In this document: in pieces, positions 45,664 to 61,038 of the stretch
Layout of the letters: the number at the start of each line of letters is the position of its first letter
Position numbering within the stretch: the first letter of the stretch is position 1
Assembly (NCBI GenBank): GCA_963701285.1
Contig: OY969584.1
Location: 434,131-498,130, forward strand
Length of the DNA: 64,000 nucleotides
Direction of reading: 5' to 3'
Origin: an uncultured Chloroflexia bacterium
GTDB taxonomy: Bacteria > Chloroflexota > Dehalococcoidia > SM23-28-2
Notes under the pieces: generated by a model
Told to the model about the DNA's origin: nothing
Databases searched by the model: none
The model's input: only the letters and a program-made list of their open reading frames with translations
Program-made: the position numbers and the translations under genes

Positions 45664-45683
45664 CTGCAGGGCTTCAGCCCTGC
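45660..45683. repeat. GTAG-type repeat family B; supplies the Mop stop codon
   Basis: Identical 24-mer to 11916-11939. Confidence 0.8.
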
Positions 45684-45690
45684 CCTACAT

Positions 45691-46503
45691 CTACAGCCCC
45701 TGCTTGCGCCACTGCGGGCGCCGCTTCTCGATGAAGGCGCGCGCCCCCTCCGCCGGCGAGTCGCCGCGGAAGGCTAGCGTCCGGAACGCCTCCGCCTCGA
45801 TCCTGAAGCCTTCCTCCAGCGGTCGGCCGATGCCGCGCAGGAGCGCCTCCTTATCGCTGCGAATGGCCCCCTGCGGCAGTTGGCAGATTTGCTCGGCCAG
45901 CTCCGTGGCCCGAACCACGGCCTGACCGTCCGCCACGATCTCGTTCACCAGGCCGATGCGCAGCGCCTCCTCGACGTCGATGCGGCGTCCGGTGATGATC
46001 AGCTCCAGCGCCCGCCCCAGCCCGACGATGCGCCACAGCCGCTGCGTGCCGCCGTCGCCCAAGCCGATGTTCCAGCGCCGGTTCAGGATGCCGAACTCCG
46101 CCCGCCGGTCAGCGATGCGGATGTCGCACATGCAAGCGATCTCCACGCCGCCTGCAAAGCAATAGCCGTTGATGGCGGCGATCATCGGCTTGTAGATGTC
46201 GCGACCCAGGGTGTAGCCCATGTAGCCCTCCAGGTTCTGGAGCTCCACCCGAAACTGGTCCTCCGACACCTCACCGACGAACCATCCCTGCGACGCCTGC
46301 TTCAGGTCGGCGCCGGAGCAGAAGGACTTGGCGCCGGCGCCGGTCATGACCGCCACGTAGGCGTCATCGTCATCGCGGAAGGCCTTCCAGGCCTCGGTCA
46401 AGAGCGCCGCCGTCTCCGAGTCGACGCAGTTCAGCACCTCCGGCCTGTTGATGGTCACGTAGAAAACGTGGTTCCTCTTCTCATATAGAGCTTTGGGTGG
46501 CAT
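45691..46503 (-). CDS. Enoyl-CoA hydratase/isomerase family protein
   Basis: TINRPEVLN, FCSGADL, KPMIAAINGYCFAGG.E, DGGTQRL. Confidence 0.92.
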   Translation of the reverse strand: MPPKALYEKRNHVFYVTINRPEVLNCVDSETAALLTEAWKAFRDDDDAYVAVMTGAGAKSFCSGADLKQASQGWFVGEVSEDQFRVELQNLEGYMGYTLGRDIYKPMIAAINGYCFAGGVEIACMCDIRIADRRAEFGILNRRWNIGLGDGGTQRLWRIVGLGRALELIITGRRIDVEEALRIGLVNEIVADGQAVVRATELAEQICQLPQGAIRSDKEALLRGIGRPLEEGFRIEAEAFRTLAFRGDSPAEGARAFIEKRRPQWRKQGL

Positions 46504-46536
46504 GCATCCCTCCTGAAACCATGATTGGGCCCAGCA

Positions 46537-47760
46537 CTAGGCCCTGCCAGCCAGGAAGGCCCGGTCCAGCTGGGCGAAGTGGAGCCAGACGTTGCGAGAC
46601 ATGAGGCAGCGGTCGCCGGCGGCCAGGGCCTCCATGATCGCCAGACGCAGCTTCCGCCCCTGGACGTGCTCCTCCTCGGCCCGGAGCAGCGTCTGGAGGA
46701 TGGCGATGGCCTGGAGGGGGTGGCCGCTCTGCCACAGAACGCGGGCGCGGGCGACGATCCGCTCATCGTCGCCGACGAGCTCGCGCAGGATGCGGGCCGT
46801 CTCCAGCCGCGGCGCCGGGATGAGATCGGCCGGGTCGCCATCGTACCAACCGGCGTAGCGCCGGTGGATGGTCATGACGGCGAACTCCACCCGCGAGTAG
46901 AGCTGGCGTAAGTGGGGGCTCTCTGCCAGATGGGGAGGCAGGCGCACCTCAGCCACCATCTGGTCCAGCGTCTGGCCTTCGTTCAGGCGGCGGGCCACTT
47001 CCTGATGGAGGAAACGAAGAGCCTCGACGTTGTGCTCGAGGGCCTCCCGCACCTGGGCGCCCTGCAGCAGGCTGAGGCCGTGGCCGGGCACCAGCGCCGT
47101 TGGCCCAAGACTGAGGATGCGCTCCAGCGTTTCGAACCACTCCCGCTCGAAGCGCACCACCTTGAACGGGTTACCGACGTTGGGGAAGACGTTGATGACG
47201 AAGTCGCCACTGAAGACCACCCCGACGTCGGGGACGTGGATGACGGTGGCATCGTCCGTCTCCCCGCGCCCGTGGAAGAGCTCGAAGCGCCGGCCGCCCA
47301 GTTCGAACGCATAGCCATCGTGGTAGGTGATGTCCGGGTAGCGATACTCCGGCCGCAAGCCGGAGAGGTCGATGTGAAACTGGAGGCTGTTGATGCGGTT
47401 GGTGTGCTCGCGCAGCAGTTCGTACTTCCGCAACCGTTCGGGCACCATCTCGTGGGCGATGACCCGCGTGCCTTCGTCCACCAACAGATGGGCGCCCACC
47501 ACGTGGTCCTCGTGGCCGTGGGTGTATATGAGATAGCGGACCGGGAGGTCCGTCCGCCGGCGCAGCTCCTGGCGCAGCGCCACGGAGCCGATGCCACCGG
47601 CCGTATCGATCAGGACGATGCCGTCGTCCGTCACCACCCAGCCGGCGTTGGCAAACGACTGAGCCCAGTAGACGCCGGCGGCCACCTCCTCGACCCGCAG
47701 CCCCGGCAGCCGCTGGCGTGTCACGGCGTCAGGCCATTCTTGGTCGGCAGAATCCGTCAT
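46537..47760 (-). CDS. MBL-fold alkyl/aryl sulfatase-like protein
   Basis: YTHGHEDH, GETDD, FPNVGNP, PGHG, YAGWYDGDPADL. Confidence 0.85.
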   Translation of the reverse strand: MTDSADQEWPDAVTRQRLPGLRVEEVAAGVYWAQSFANAGWVVTDDGIVLIDTAGGIGSVALRQELRRRTDLPVRYLIYTHGHEDHVVGAHLLVDEGTRVIAHEMVPERLRKYELLREHTNRINSLQFHIDLSGLRPEYRYPDITYHDGYAFELGGRRFELFHGRGETDDATVIHVPDVGVVFSGDFVINVFPNVGNPFKVVRFEREWFETLERILSLGPTALVPGHGLSLLQGAQVREALEHNVEALRFLHQEVARRLNEGQTLDQMVAEVRLPPHLAESPHLRQLYSRVEFAVMTIHRRYAGWYDGDPADLIPAPRLETARILRELVGDDERIVARARVLWQSGHPLQAIAILQTLLRAEEEHVQGRKLRLAIMEALAAGDRCLMSRNVWLHFAQLDRAFLAGRA

Positions 47761-47819
47761 TGGGACGCCTCCACCAATAGGAAACAGGGGAATGATAGCA
47801 CGCGCCGCCGCAGCGGGGC

Positions 47820-48914
47820 TCAAACGTTGAACAGGATGTGCAGCACGTCGCCGTCCTGCACCACGTAGCTCTTGCCCTCAGTGCGCAGGACGCCGTGCTT
47901 GCGGGCCTCGGCCAGGGTGCCCTGGCGCAGCATCTCCTCCCAGCCGATGACCTCCGCCCGAATGAAGCCGTGCTCCATGTCGGTGTGGATCCTGCCCGCC
48001 GCCTTCACGGCCGGCGTGCCCTGGGGCACCGTCCAGGCGCGGCACTCCTCGCCGACCACGGTGTAGAAGGTGGCCAGGCCCAGCAGGTCGAAGGTCTGGG
48101 CCAGCACCCGCTGCACGCCCGACTCCAGGACACCCATGCTCTGGCGGAACTCCTGCTCTTCCTCCTCGGATAGCTCAGCCAGCTCCATCTCCACCTGACC
48201 GCAGATGCCGGCCACCCGCAGGCCCGGCCCGGCGTAGCGGCTGCGAAACTCCTCCTCCAACGCGGCCAGGCGCGAGCAATCCTCCTCGCCGGCGTTCAAA
48301 ACCAGGAGGATCGGCTTCAAGGTGAGGAGCGAGTAGTCGCGCAGGGCCTTCTCCTCTTCGGGAGCGAAGTGATGCCCCCGCAGGCCCGACTCGCCTTCCA
48401 GGGCGGCCTTCACCCGCCGCAGCAGCTCCATCTCCCGCTCGCCGGCCTCGCGCTCGCCCGGCTTGGCCGAGCGCACCATCGGGTCCAGCCGCTCCAGCCG
48501 CCGCTCGGCGACCGCCAGGTCAGCAAAGGCCAGCTCCATGTTCAGGGCGGCGATATCGCGGTGAGGGTCGACGCTGCCCTCGGGGTGAGGGACGTCCTCG
48601 CGCTGGAAGAGGCGCACCACGTGGAGCAGGCCGTCGGTGCCGGCCAGCGTGGAAAGGAGCTGCCCCGAGGGCCCGCTCCGGCCGAAGGCGGCGCCCATGC
48701 CCGGAAAGTCCCAGTAGCGAACCTCGGCGGGGGTGACCTTCTTAGACTGGAAGTGGGCGGCCAGCTTCTCCAGCCGCTCATCGTGCACCTTGACCACGCC
48801 GATGTGCGTCTCCACGCCGGCGCCGTGGAGGCCCGTCTCCGCGTGGCCGTGGATCAGCGCGTTGAAGACGGTGGTTTTGCCGGAAAGGGGAAGCCCAACG
48901 ATGCCCAGGTCCAA
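47820..48914 (-). CDS. ychF: Redox-regulated ATPase YchF
   Basis: GIVGLP.SGKTT, LLT.KP, RAWT, AG.IHTD.E.GFIRAEV, EGK.YVVQDGD. Confidence 0.93.
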   Translation of the reverse strand: MDLGIVGLPLSGKTTVFNALIHGHAETGLHGAGVETHIGVVKVHDERLEKLAAHFQSKKVTPAEVRYWDFPGMGAAFGRSGPSGQLLSTLAGTDGLLHVVRLFQREDVPHPEGSVDPHRDIAALNMELAFADLAVAERRLERLDPMVRSAKPGEREAGEREMELLRRVKAALEGESGLRGHHFAPEEEKALRDYSLLTLKPILLVLNAGEEDCSRLAALEEEFRSRYAGPGLRVAGICGQVEMELAELSEEEEQEFRQSMGVLESGVQRVLAQTFDLLGLATFYTVVGEECRAWTVPQGTPAVKAAGRIHTDMEHGFIRAEVIGWEEMLRQGTLAEARKHGVLRTEGKSYVVQDGDVLHILFNV

Positions 48915-48939
48915 GCGCTAACCCTCAGAGTTCAGAACC

Positions 48940-49031
48940 CCGCTCGTGATTCGACAGGCTCACCACGAGCGGAAATTCTCGTCCGCTCACCCTGAGCTTG
49001 TCGAAGGACCTCAGCCTGTCGAAGGGCGAGC
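48940..49031. repeat. Cluster of family A palindromic repeats
   Basis: CCGCTCGTGATTCGACAGGCTCACCACGAGCGG, CCGCTCACCCTGAGCTTGTCGAAGG, CAGCCTGTCGAAGGGCGAGC. Confidence 0.8.
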
Positions 49032-49137
49032 AGGCGATCGCTCGCCACCAGCATAGGCCCGCCGGACGAAGGGTGTCAACGCGAGAGGCGGCGCCGCGCC
49101 GGAGAGCCGCGGGAGCGGCGGCCCGGCCGCCACCAGC

Positions 49138-50454
49138 TCAGGGCAGCGGTGTCTGAGTCGCCTCCGGGGCGGAGAACCGGTCCGGCCCGGGGAGCTGAGG
49201 CTGCTCCTCCGGAGTCGGCGTCAGAGTCGGGGTGGGCGGTGGCGGTTGCGGCACAGGCGTGGGAACGACCGCCGGGCCGGTGGCGCAGGCCTCGTTGGAC
49301 CAGGCGGACCGCCCGTGCTCATTGGCCACCGCCACGCGATAGCAGCGCACGCCCAACCAGGGCTCACCATCGGCCCAGATGAACCCCAGCCCCGTGTAGC
49401 CGCCGTACGTGCGCCACGCGCCGTCGTTCCCGAGGCGCTGCACTATGTAGCATAGGGGATCGGTGGCGTCGAGCCGCCAGAGGAGCTCTACCCAATATCC
49501 CAGTTGCATCCCCGGATACTGCACCGCGATGGCAGCCAGGTCCGTCGGCGCGCTTGGCGCCAGCTCCGAATAGGGCGGATCGTCGGTAGGGTTACAGGGC
49601 CAGGGGAACGGCGTGGGAGAAGGCGGAGGGGTCCACCCAGGCGGCGGCTCTGGCGTGACCGGCGGAGTCGGCGTCGCCACAACAGGCACGACCTCCACGT
49701 CGACACAGGCCTCGTTGGAGTAGGCGGAGCGACCCTCCTCGTTCCCGTTCGAGACGCGGTAACAGTGGACGCCCACTTCTCCAGGAGCGTCGTCCACCGC
49801 AACGGGACCCAGGCCGGGAGCCCAGCCGCCCTCATAGACCGACCAGTCGCCCCCGTTCACCTTCCGCTCGATCACGTAGCAACGTACCTCATCGGCGCTC
49901 TCGTCCCACTGGAGCCTAACAAGCTGCCCCTCCAGCGCCCAGAGGCTGGACACCAGCTCAGCGCTCAGGTTGGTGGGAGCGTCCGGAGCGAGAGGCGATT
50001 GCGGCGCTTTGCCCCAACAGGAGGCCGGAGGCGGCGTCGGCCAGATTGGGGTGGGCTCGGCAGACGTGGGTGCCGGCTGCTCGGTGAGAACAGCCTCCGA
50101 GGATGCCGCGGTGGCTGGATCGGTTATCACGATCCTGTACTTCATCTGCGCCACCTCGTCCCAGGTGATCTTGTCTCGAAGTAGGACGCGGCCATCTTCC
50201 GCCACGACCTCGATCTCCGGCCGCCAGTCCTCGGGGAAAAACCCCACCGGTTGCTCGACCTCTCGCGGGTCCAGTCTTAGGGCCAGGATGCCACCTTGGT
50301 ATACTGTGACCGGTTGTGAGGTAGCGTTCTCGAACTCCACAGCCTGGCCGGGTTGGCACGCCGCACCGAGCAGCCAGACCAGCACGGTTGCCACAGCAAG
50401 CAGCACGCACACCGCGATCCTGTACCCGGCGCCCCTCAGCCCCAGAGCGCGCAT
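49138..50454 (-). CDS. Putative lipoprotein with two fibronectin type III-like domains and Pro/Thr linkers
   Basis: Signal peptide ending in LGAAC; APTNLSA...LQW...CYVIER...CYRV..N..GRS..SNEAC appears twice. Confidence 0.75.
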   Translation of the reverse strand: MRALGLRGAGYRIAVCVLLAVATVLVWLLGAACQPGQAVEFENATSQPVTVYQGGILALRLDPREVEQPVGFFPEDWRPEIEVVAEDGRVLLRDKITWDEVAQMKYRIVITDPATAASSEAVLTEQPAPTSAEPTPIWPTPPPASCWGKAPQSPLAPDAPTNLSAELVSSLWALEGQLVRLQWDESADEVRCYVIERKVNGGDWSVYEGGWAPGLGPVAVDDAPGEVGVHCYRVSNGNEEGRSAYSNEACVDVEVVPVVATPTPPVTPEPPPGWTPPPSPTPFPWPCNPTDDPPYSELAPSAPTDLAAIAVQYPGMQLGYWVELLWRLDATDPLCYIVQRLGNDGAWRTYGGYTGLGFIWADGEPWLGVRCYRVAVANEHGRSAWSNEACATGPAVVPTPVPQPPPPTPTLTPTPEEQPQLPGPDRFSAPEATQTPLP

Positions 50455-50500
50455 TTCTCGCCTCCGGAACGGACGCATTATACCACGCCTGCGCAAACTT

Positions 50501-51175
50501 TCAAGACGCTCCTCTCCTGCTAGCCGGGCAAATTTCCCGCAGGAAGCACTCGCCGCAGAGGGGATCCTTGCGGCAGAGCGTCTTGGCATGCCGGTCGATG
50601 AGGGCGTGGTACTCGTTGAACAGCGGCGCGTCCGGCGCCAGCGCCTCTTCGAAGAGCCGCTGCCAGGATGCGTAGTCGTCCCCCGGCGGCGCCAGCCCCA
50701 GGCGGGCGAACACGCGGCGCGTGTAGGCGTCGATAACAAAGCGTGGCTGGCCGGCGGCGTAGAGGATGATGGCGTCGGCCGTCTCCGGCCCGATGCCGTG
50801 CGTGTCCAGGAGCTCGCGGCGAAGGTCGGGCAAGGGGAGGGCGAAGAGGCGGTCGAGGTCGCCGCCGTGCCGCTCGAACAACATCTCCACGAAGGCCTTC
50901 AGCTTGCGGGCCTTGGCGCTGTAGTAGCCGGCCGGGTACACCAGGCGGGCCAGCTCGTCCAGGGGCATCTCCAGGATGCCCCGCGGCGACAGGACGCCCG
51001 CCGCCTTCAGGTTGGCGATGGCCTTCTCCACGTTCGTCCAGGCGGCGGCCTGGGTGAGGATGGCCCCCACGACGACCTCGAACGGCGAGGCGCCCGGCCA
51101 CCAGCCCTGCGGCCCGTAGGCCGCGTAGAGGCGACGGTAGATGCCCTGGAGGGCTTCGCTGGTGGGCTCGGCCAT
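50501..51175 (-). CDS. Endonuclease III-related HhH-GPD protein
   Basis: WWP..SPFEVVVGAILTQ, GIGPETAD, FVIDAY, HALI, C-x6-C-x2-C-x5-C. Confidence 0.9.
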   Translation of the reverse strand: MAEPTSEALQGIYRRLYAAYGPQGWWPGASPFEVVVGAILTQAAAWTNVEKAIANLKAAGVLSPRGILEMPLDELARLVYPAGYYSAKARKLKAFVEMLFERHGGDLDRLFALPLPDLRRELLDTHGIGPETADAIILYAAGQPRFVIDAYTRRVFARLGLAPPGDDYASWQRLFEEALAPDAPLFNEYHALIDRHAKTLCRKDPLCGECFLREICPASRRGAS

Positions 51176-51188
51176 GAGCCTTCCGGCG

Positions 51189-51728
51189 CTAGGTTGACTC
51201 GCCCGATTGCCGGTGAAGGCGCCGCTCGGCCACCTCGCCCGCCCAGGCCGGGATCGTCGCCTGGGCCACGCTATCGTAGTGGGGGATGTACGGCTTCACG
51301 TCCAGCACCGGCGTCCCGTCGATGGCGTCCAGGCCGCGCACCCGCAGCTCGTTCCCCTGGCGGGCCAGCAGCGGCACCACGCTCACGCCGATGGGGTTTG
51401 GCCGGAGCTGCGTCCGGGTAGCGAAGACGCCCAGCAAGGGCAGCACCGGGTCGCCCATGGGGTGAATGCGGGTGGCCGCCCGTTCCTCCTCCGGCACGCG
51501 GTGGATCCAGAAGAGGACGATAATGTGCGAAAAGCCGTCGAGGCCGTCCAGGGCGTCCGCCAGCTCCCGCCGCAACACGATTTGCGACTCCACGTTCTCC
51601 CAGCCGCCCATTTGCGGCTCCTTGACCGAGTTGCGCACCACTCCCACGGGCGAGAAGACGGCGGTCGGCATCCCCTCCGGCGCGGCCCCGCCGCGACCGC
51701 GAACGCTTCTCCATATGCGCTCCATCAT
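51189..51728 (-). CDS. tsaA: tRNA (N6-threonylcarbamoyladenosine(37)-N6)-methyltransferase TrmO
   Basis: GLDGFSH, GVFATR..RPNPIG, GLDAIDGTPVLDVKPY. Confidence 0.9.
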   Translation of the reverse strand: MMERIWRSVRGRGGAAPEGMPTAVFSPVGVVRNSVKEPQMGGWENVESQIVLRRELADALDGLDGFSHIIVLFWIHRVPEEERAATRIHPMGDPVLPLLGVFATRTQLRPNPIGVSVVPLLARQGNELRVRGLDAIDGTPVLDVKPYIPHYDSVAQATIPAWAGEVAERRLHRQSGEST

Positions 51729-51820
51729 CTCGCCCTCCTTGGCCCTACAGCCCTACCCACCAGCGGCCAGGCGCGCGGCGCTCAGAGCTTAGCACGAGCG
51801 CCTCCGCGCGCCAAGGACGC

Positions 51821-51848
51821 CGGCTCATGGTGAGCTTGTCGAACCACG
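51821..51848. repeat. Family A repeat overlapping the MFS gene 3' end
   Basis: CGGCTCATGGTGAGCTTGTCGAACCAC. Confidence 0.75.
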
Positions 51849-53027
51849 CGGCAGCAGGACGAACAGCAGGACGAGAGCCAGGGCCGCCGTGCTCCCGCCC
51901 AGGAAGAAGGGCGCCGGCGGGCCCACCCGGTCCCACAGGAAGCCGGCCATGATGCTGGAAAGAAGGGCCATCAGGCCCACGCCTCCCTGGTACAGGCCCA
52001 GCGCCGAGCCCTGCCGGTCGCCGGGCACCAGGTCGACCACCAGCGCCCGGCCCACGCCCTCGGTCAACGCCATGTACACGCCGTAGAGGGGGAAGAGCAG
52101 CCACACGTAGGCCCCGGAGCCGATGACAGCGAACCCTACGTACACGCCGGCGAAGATGGCGAACCCCAGGCCGATGACATTGCGGCGGCCCAGGCGGTCG
52201 GAAACGATGCCGGCCGGCATGGCCAGCAACGAGTAGCTGGCGTTATAGGCCACGTAGGCCAGGACTGCCTCGTTGACGCTCAGCCCCAGGTTGCGGGAGC
52301 GCAGGATGAGGAAGGCGTCGCTGGAGTTGCCTAGGGCGAAGGCCACGCTCACGATGAAGAAGGCGTAGTAGGCGGCGCCGAACCGGAAGCCGCCGCTCGC
52401 CGGCTTCGCCGCGGCCGCAGCGGCTTCGCTGGCCTGTCGTGACGCCCGCTCGCCGACCAGCCGCAGGAGCACCATGCCGAGGACCGCCGGCACGAAGGCC
52501 AGGACGAAGATGAGGCGGAAGTTCTGACCCAGGATCGCCAGCAGGGCCAGGGCGCCCAGCGGCCCCAGCACGGCCCCGGCCGTGTCCACCGCCCGGTGGA
52601 AGCCGAAGGCACGGCCGCGCGCCTCCCGCTCCGTCCACTGGGCGACGAGCGCATCGCGGGGGGCGGAACGCACCCCCTTGCCGAACCGGTCCACGAATCG
52701 CGCGAAGAGCACCACCGGCCAGTGGAAGGCCAGCGCGAGCAGCGGCTTGGCCACCGCCGCCAGCCCGTACCCCAGCACCACGAACGGCTTGCGCCGTCCC
52801 ACGCGATCGGAGACCCAGCCCGATAGCCAGCGCACGATGCTCGCCGTGCTCTCGGCCACGCCCTCGATGGCGCCCACCACCGCCAGGGGCGCGCCCAGGG
52901 TGGTCGTGAGGAAGATAGGCACCAGGGGGTAGATCATCTCGCTGCTGATGTCGGTGAAGAAGCTGACGATGCCCAGGACGAAGACGTTCCTCTCCACCCC
53001 CGGCACGACGGACGGCCTGGGCTCCAT
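51825..53027 (-). CDS. MFS transporter
   Basis: DISSEMIYP, SDRVGRRK, DRFGKGVRSAPRDAL, FGFHRAVD, NSSDAFL. Confidence 0.92.
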   Translation of the reverse strand: MEPRPSVVPGVERNVFVLGIVSFFTDISSEMIYPLVPIFLTTTLGAPLAVVGAIEGVAESTASIVRWLSGWVSDRVGRRKPFVVLGYGLAAVAKPLLALAFHWPVVLFARFVDRFGKGVRSAPRDALVAQWTEREARGRAFGFHRAVDTAGAVLGPLGALALLAILGQNFRLIFVLAFVPAVLGMVLLRLVGERASRQASEAAAAAAKPASGGFRFGAAYYAFFIVSVAFALGNSSDAFLILRSRNLGLSVNEAVLAYVAYNASYSLLAMPAGIVSDRLGRRNVIGLGFAIFAGVYVGFAVIGSGAYVWLLFPLYGVYMALTEGVGRALVVDLVPGDRQGSALGLYQGGVGLMALLSSIMAGFLWDRVGPPAPFFLGGSTAALALVLLFVLLPRGSTSSP

Positions 53028-53130
53028 CTCGCCCTCTATTGACGGCTTGGCTTGGCGGCGCATCATCTCCTCGATCAATCTACCCGCTGCCGCCGCCGGA
53101 CTCAATCGTCCGTGCTATCATTGAGGCGCC

Positions 53131-54393
53131 ATGGAGGAGAGCGACCTGCGCGAGGCGGCCCGCCGCCAGCTTACGGCCAACCTCAAGCAGGGCATCTCGC
53201 CCTGGAAGGGCCAACCCTACTCCTACGCCTGCCCTTCAACCCAGACCTACCCCTACCAGTGGTTCTGGGACTCCTGCTTCCACGCCATCGCCTGGACCCA
53301 CCTGGACATGGAGCAAGCCAAGGAGGAGTTGCGCACGCTCCTGCGCGCCCAACGCGCCGACGGGCACATCCCCCACCGCATCGCCTGGGAGCGGCCGGCC
53401 GCCTACCCCTACCGCTTCCACCTGGAAAGCCGGTCGGTGCAGCACCCCTGGCGCTCCGACCTGGTCCAGCCGGCTGTACTGGCCATCGCTGTGGAGGAGG
53501 TGCACGCCCGCAGCGGCGACGACGCCTTCCTGGCCGAGGTGCTGCCCGGCGTCGAGAAGTTCTACCGCTGGCTGGCGCAGAACCGCGACCCCGACGGCGA
53601 CGGCCTCATCTCCATCATCCACCCTTACGAATCGGGCATCGACCACAAGCCGGCCTACGACGTCATCTACGGCCTCAAGGGCGGCTGGCCGCGAGGAGTC
53701 GTCATCGCCTGCCGCAGCCTCGCCCTAGTCAACCGGGCCTGCAACTACAACCTGAAGCTCATCTTCCGCCTGGACCGCTTCAACGTGGAGGACGTGCTGG
53801 TCAACTGCATCTACGCCCAGGGGCTGGCTGCCCTCTCTCGCCTCCTGCGCCGCCAGGGCGAGGCGGACAAGGCCGACGCCTTCGCCCAACAGGCGGAGCG
53901 GGTCGAGCAGGCCGTGCTCACGAAGTGCCGCGCCGGCGACGGCCTCTTCTACGACCTCTACTCCCACCAGGAGAAGATGGCCCGCGCCAAGACGATCACC
54001 GCCATCTTCCCCCTGATCCTCGATACCATCGACCGGCCCACGGTGGAGCGCCTGGTGCGCGACCACCTCCTGAACCCCGGCGAGTTCTGGCTCCCCTATC
54101 CCGTGCCCTCCGTCGCCCGCGACGAGCCCGCCTTCAGCGCCACCTTCCGCTCGCCGCTCGCCAGTGGCCTCTGGCGGGGTCCCACCTGGGTATGCACCAA
54201 CTGGTTCCTGGCGCGCGGGCTGCGCAAGCATGGCTTCGCCGACGAGGCCGCACACATCGTGGAGAAGACGAAGGAGCTGGTCCTGCGGAGCGACTTCCGC
54301 GAGTTCTACAACCCCTTCACCGGCGAGCCCTACGGTGCCCCCGGCTTCGGCTGGTCCACGCTGGTGCTGGACATGCTGGCGCCGGAGGGGTAG
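53131..54393 (+). CDS. GH63/MGH1-like (alpha/alpha)6 glycoside hydrolase
   Basis: YPYQWFWDSCFH, HPYESGID, WRGPTW..TNW, FREFYNPFTG, FGWS. Confidence 0.88.
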   Translation: MEESDLREAARRQLTANLKQGISPWKGQPYSYACPSTQTYPYQWFWDSCFHAIAWTHLDMEQAKEELRTLLRAQRADGHIPHRIAWERPAAYPYRFHLESRSVQHPWRSDLVQPAVLAIAVEEVHARSGDDAFLAEVLPGVEKFYRWLAQNRDPDGDGLISIIHPYESGIDHKPAYDVIYGLKGGWPRGVVIACRSLALVNRACNYNLKLIFRLDRFNVEDVLVNCIYAQGLAALSRLLRRQGEADKADAFAQQAERVEQAVLTKCRAGDGLFYDLYSHQEKMARAKTITAIFPLILDTIDRPTVERLVRDHLLNPGEFWLPYPVPSVARDEPAFSATFRSPLASGLWRGPTWVCTNWFLARGLRKHGFADEAAHIVEKTKELVLRSDFREFYNPFTGEPYGAPGFGWSTLVLDMLAPEG

Positions 54394-54516
54394 AGACCGG
54401 TTTCCCCCGGGGCGTCGCATTGTGGAGCTTGGATGGCACCCTGGCCGCACCTTTTCCTACATCTCGTGATTTATCGTAAACAAATCCCTTCCAGATACGG
54501 CCCGTATTTGCTATAA

Positions 54517-56464
<1,948 letters not shown>

Positions 56465-56478
56465 GCACAGCCGCCCCC

Positions 56479-60012
<3,534 letters not shown>

Positions 60013-60105
60013 TTACACTTAAGCGGCGACACCCATTATAGCGCGGCGGCCCGAGAGCGGAGCGAAATTATGTTAATCTGGCCGGGATTTTTGAGGGGAG
60101 CGCCC

Positions 60106-60891
60106 CTAAAACAGCATCAGCGGCGGCCCGGCCCAGATGCCGCCGTCCACCGGCAGCGCCGCGCCGACGACGAAGGACGCCTCGTCCGAGGCCAGGAACA
60201 GGATGGCCGCCGCCACCTCCTCCGGCCGGCCAATGCGGCCGATGGGGTGGGCCGGGGCAGCGATCTCTTGCATGAACGCTGCCTTGTCCAGGCCAACCCG
60301 CTCCACGCCCTGATCCAGCATCGCCGTGTCGATGATGCCCGGGCAAACGCAGTTAACCCGCACGCCCATCCTGGCGAACTCCACCGCCAGGGCCTTGGTG
60401 AGCTGCACGACGCCACCCTTCGCGGCGCAGTAGGAGTCGAACATGGCGAAGCCGCGCAGACCGGCGATGGATCCCGTGTTGACTATGGCCCCCCCACCCT
60501 GGCGGATCATCTGAGGGATGGCGTACTTGCAGCCCAGGTAAACGCCCTTCAGGTTGATGCTCATCAGCCGGTCCCACTCCTCCTCCGGCACCTGGGTGAT
60601 CGGCAGCAGGAAGGCGATGCCGGCGTTGTTCACCAGCACGTCCAGCCGGCCGAACCGCTCCGCCGTCGTCGCCACCATCCGTTCTACGTCGGCCGCGATG
60701 GACACATCGACCTGAAGCGGCTCCGCCCGGCCACCAGCGGCCACGATCTGCTGGGCGGTGGCCTGAGCCGCGGGGGCGTCTACGTCCGCCACCACGACCG
60801 TCGCCCCCTCGCGGCCGAAGGCCAGGACCGCGGCCTTGCCTATCCCCGAGCCGGAGCCAGTGACCACCACGACCTTATCCTGGAAACGCAC
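60106..60891 (-). CDS. SDR family oxidoreductase
   Basis: TGSGSGIG, NNAG, YCAAK. Confidence 0.9.
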   Translation of the reverse strand: MRFQDKVVVVTGSGSGIGKAAVLAFGREGATVVVADVDAPAAQATAQQIVAAGGRAEPLQVDVSIAADVERMVATTAERFGRLDVLVNNAGIAFLLPITQVPEEEWDRLMSINLKGVYLGCKYAIPQMIRQGGGAIVNTGSIAGLRGFAMFDSYCAAKGGVVQLTKALAVEFARMGVRVNCVCPGIIDTAMLDQGVERVGLDKAAFMQEIAAPAHPIGRIGRPEEVAAAILFLASDEASFVVGAALPVDGGIWAGPPLMLF

Positions 60892-61038
60892 CTTGCTGCT
60901 CCTTCCTCCGCTCACGGGCTACGGGGCGGACGGCTTGGGGAAGCCTTCTAGGGCGTAACCGGCAGCGGCCCGGGTCACACGCCGCGTTCGTGGGGTTCGC
61001 CACGATTGGGGTTTGCCGGATCGTTGGAGCGCGGTAGC

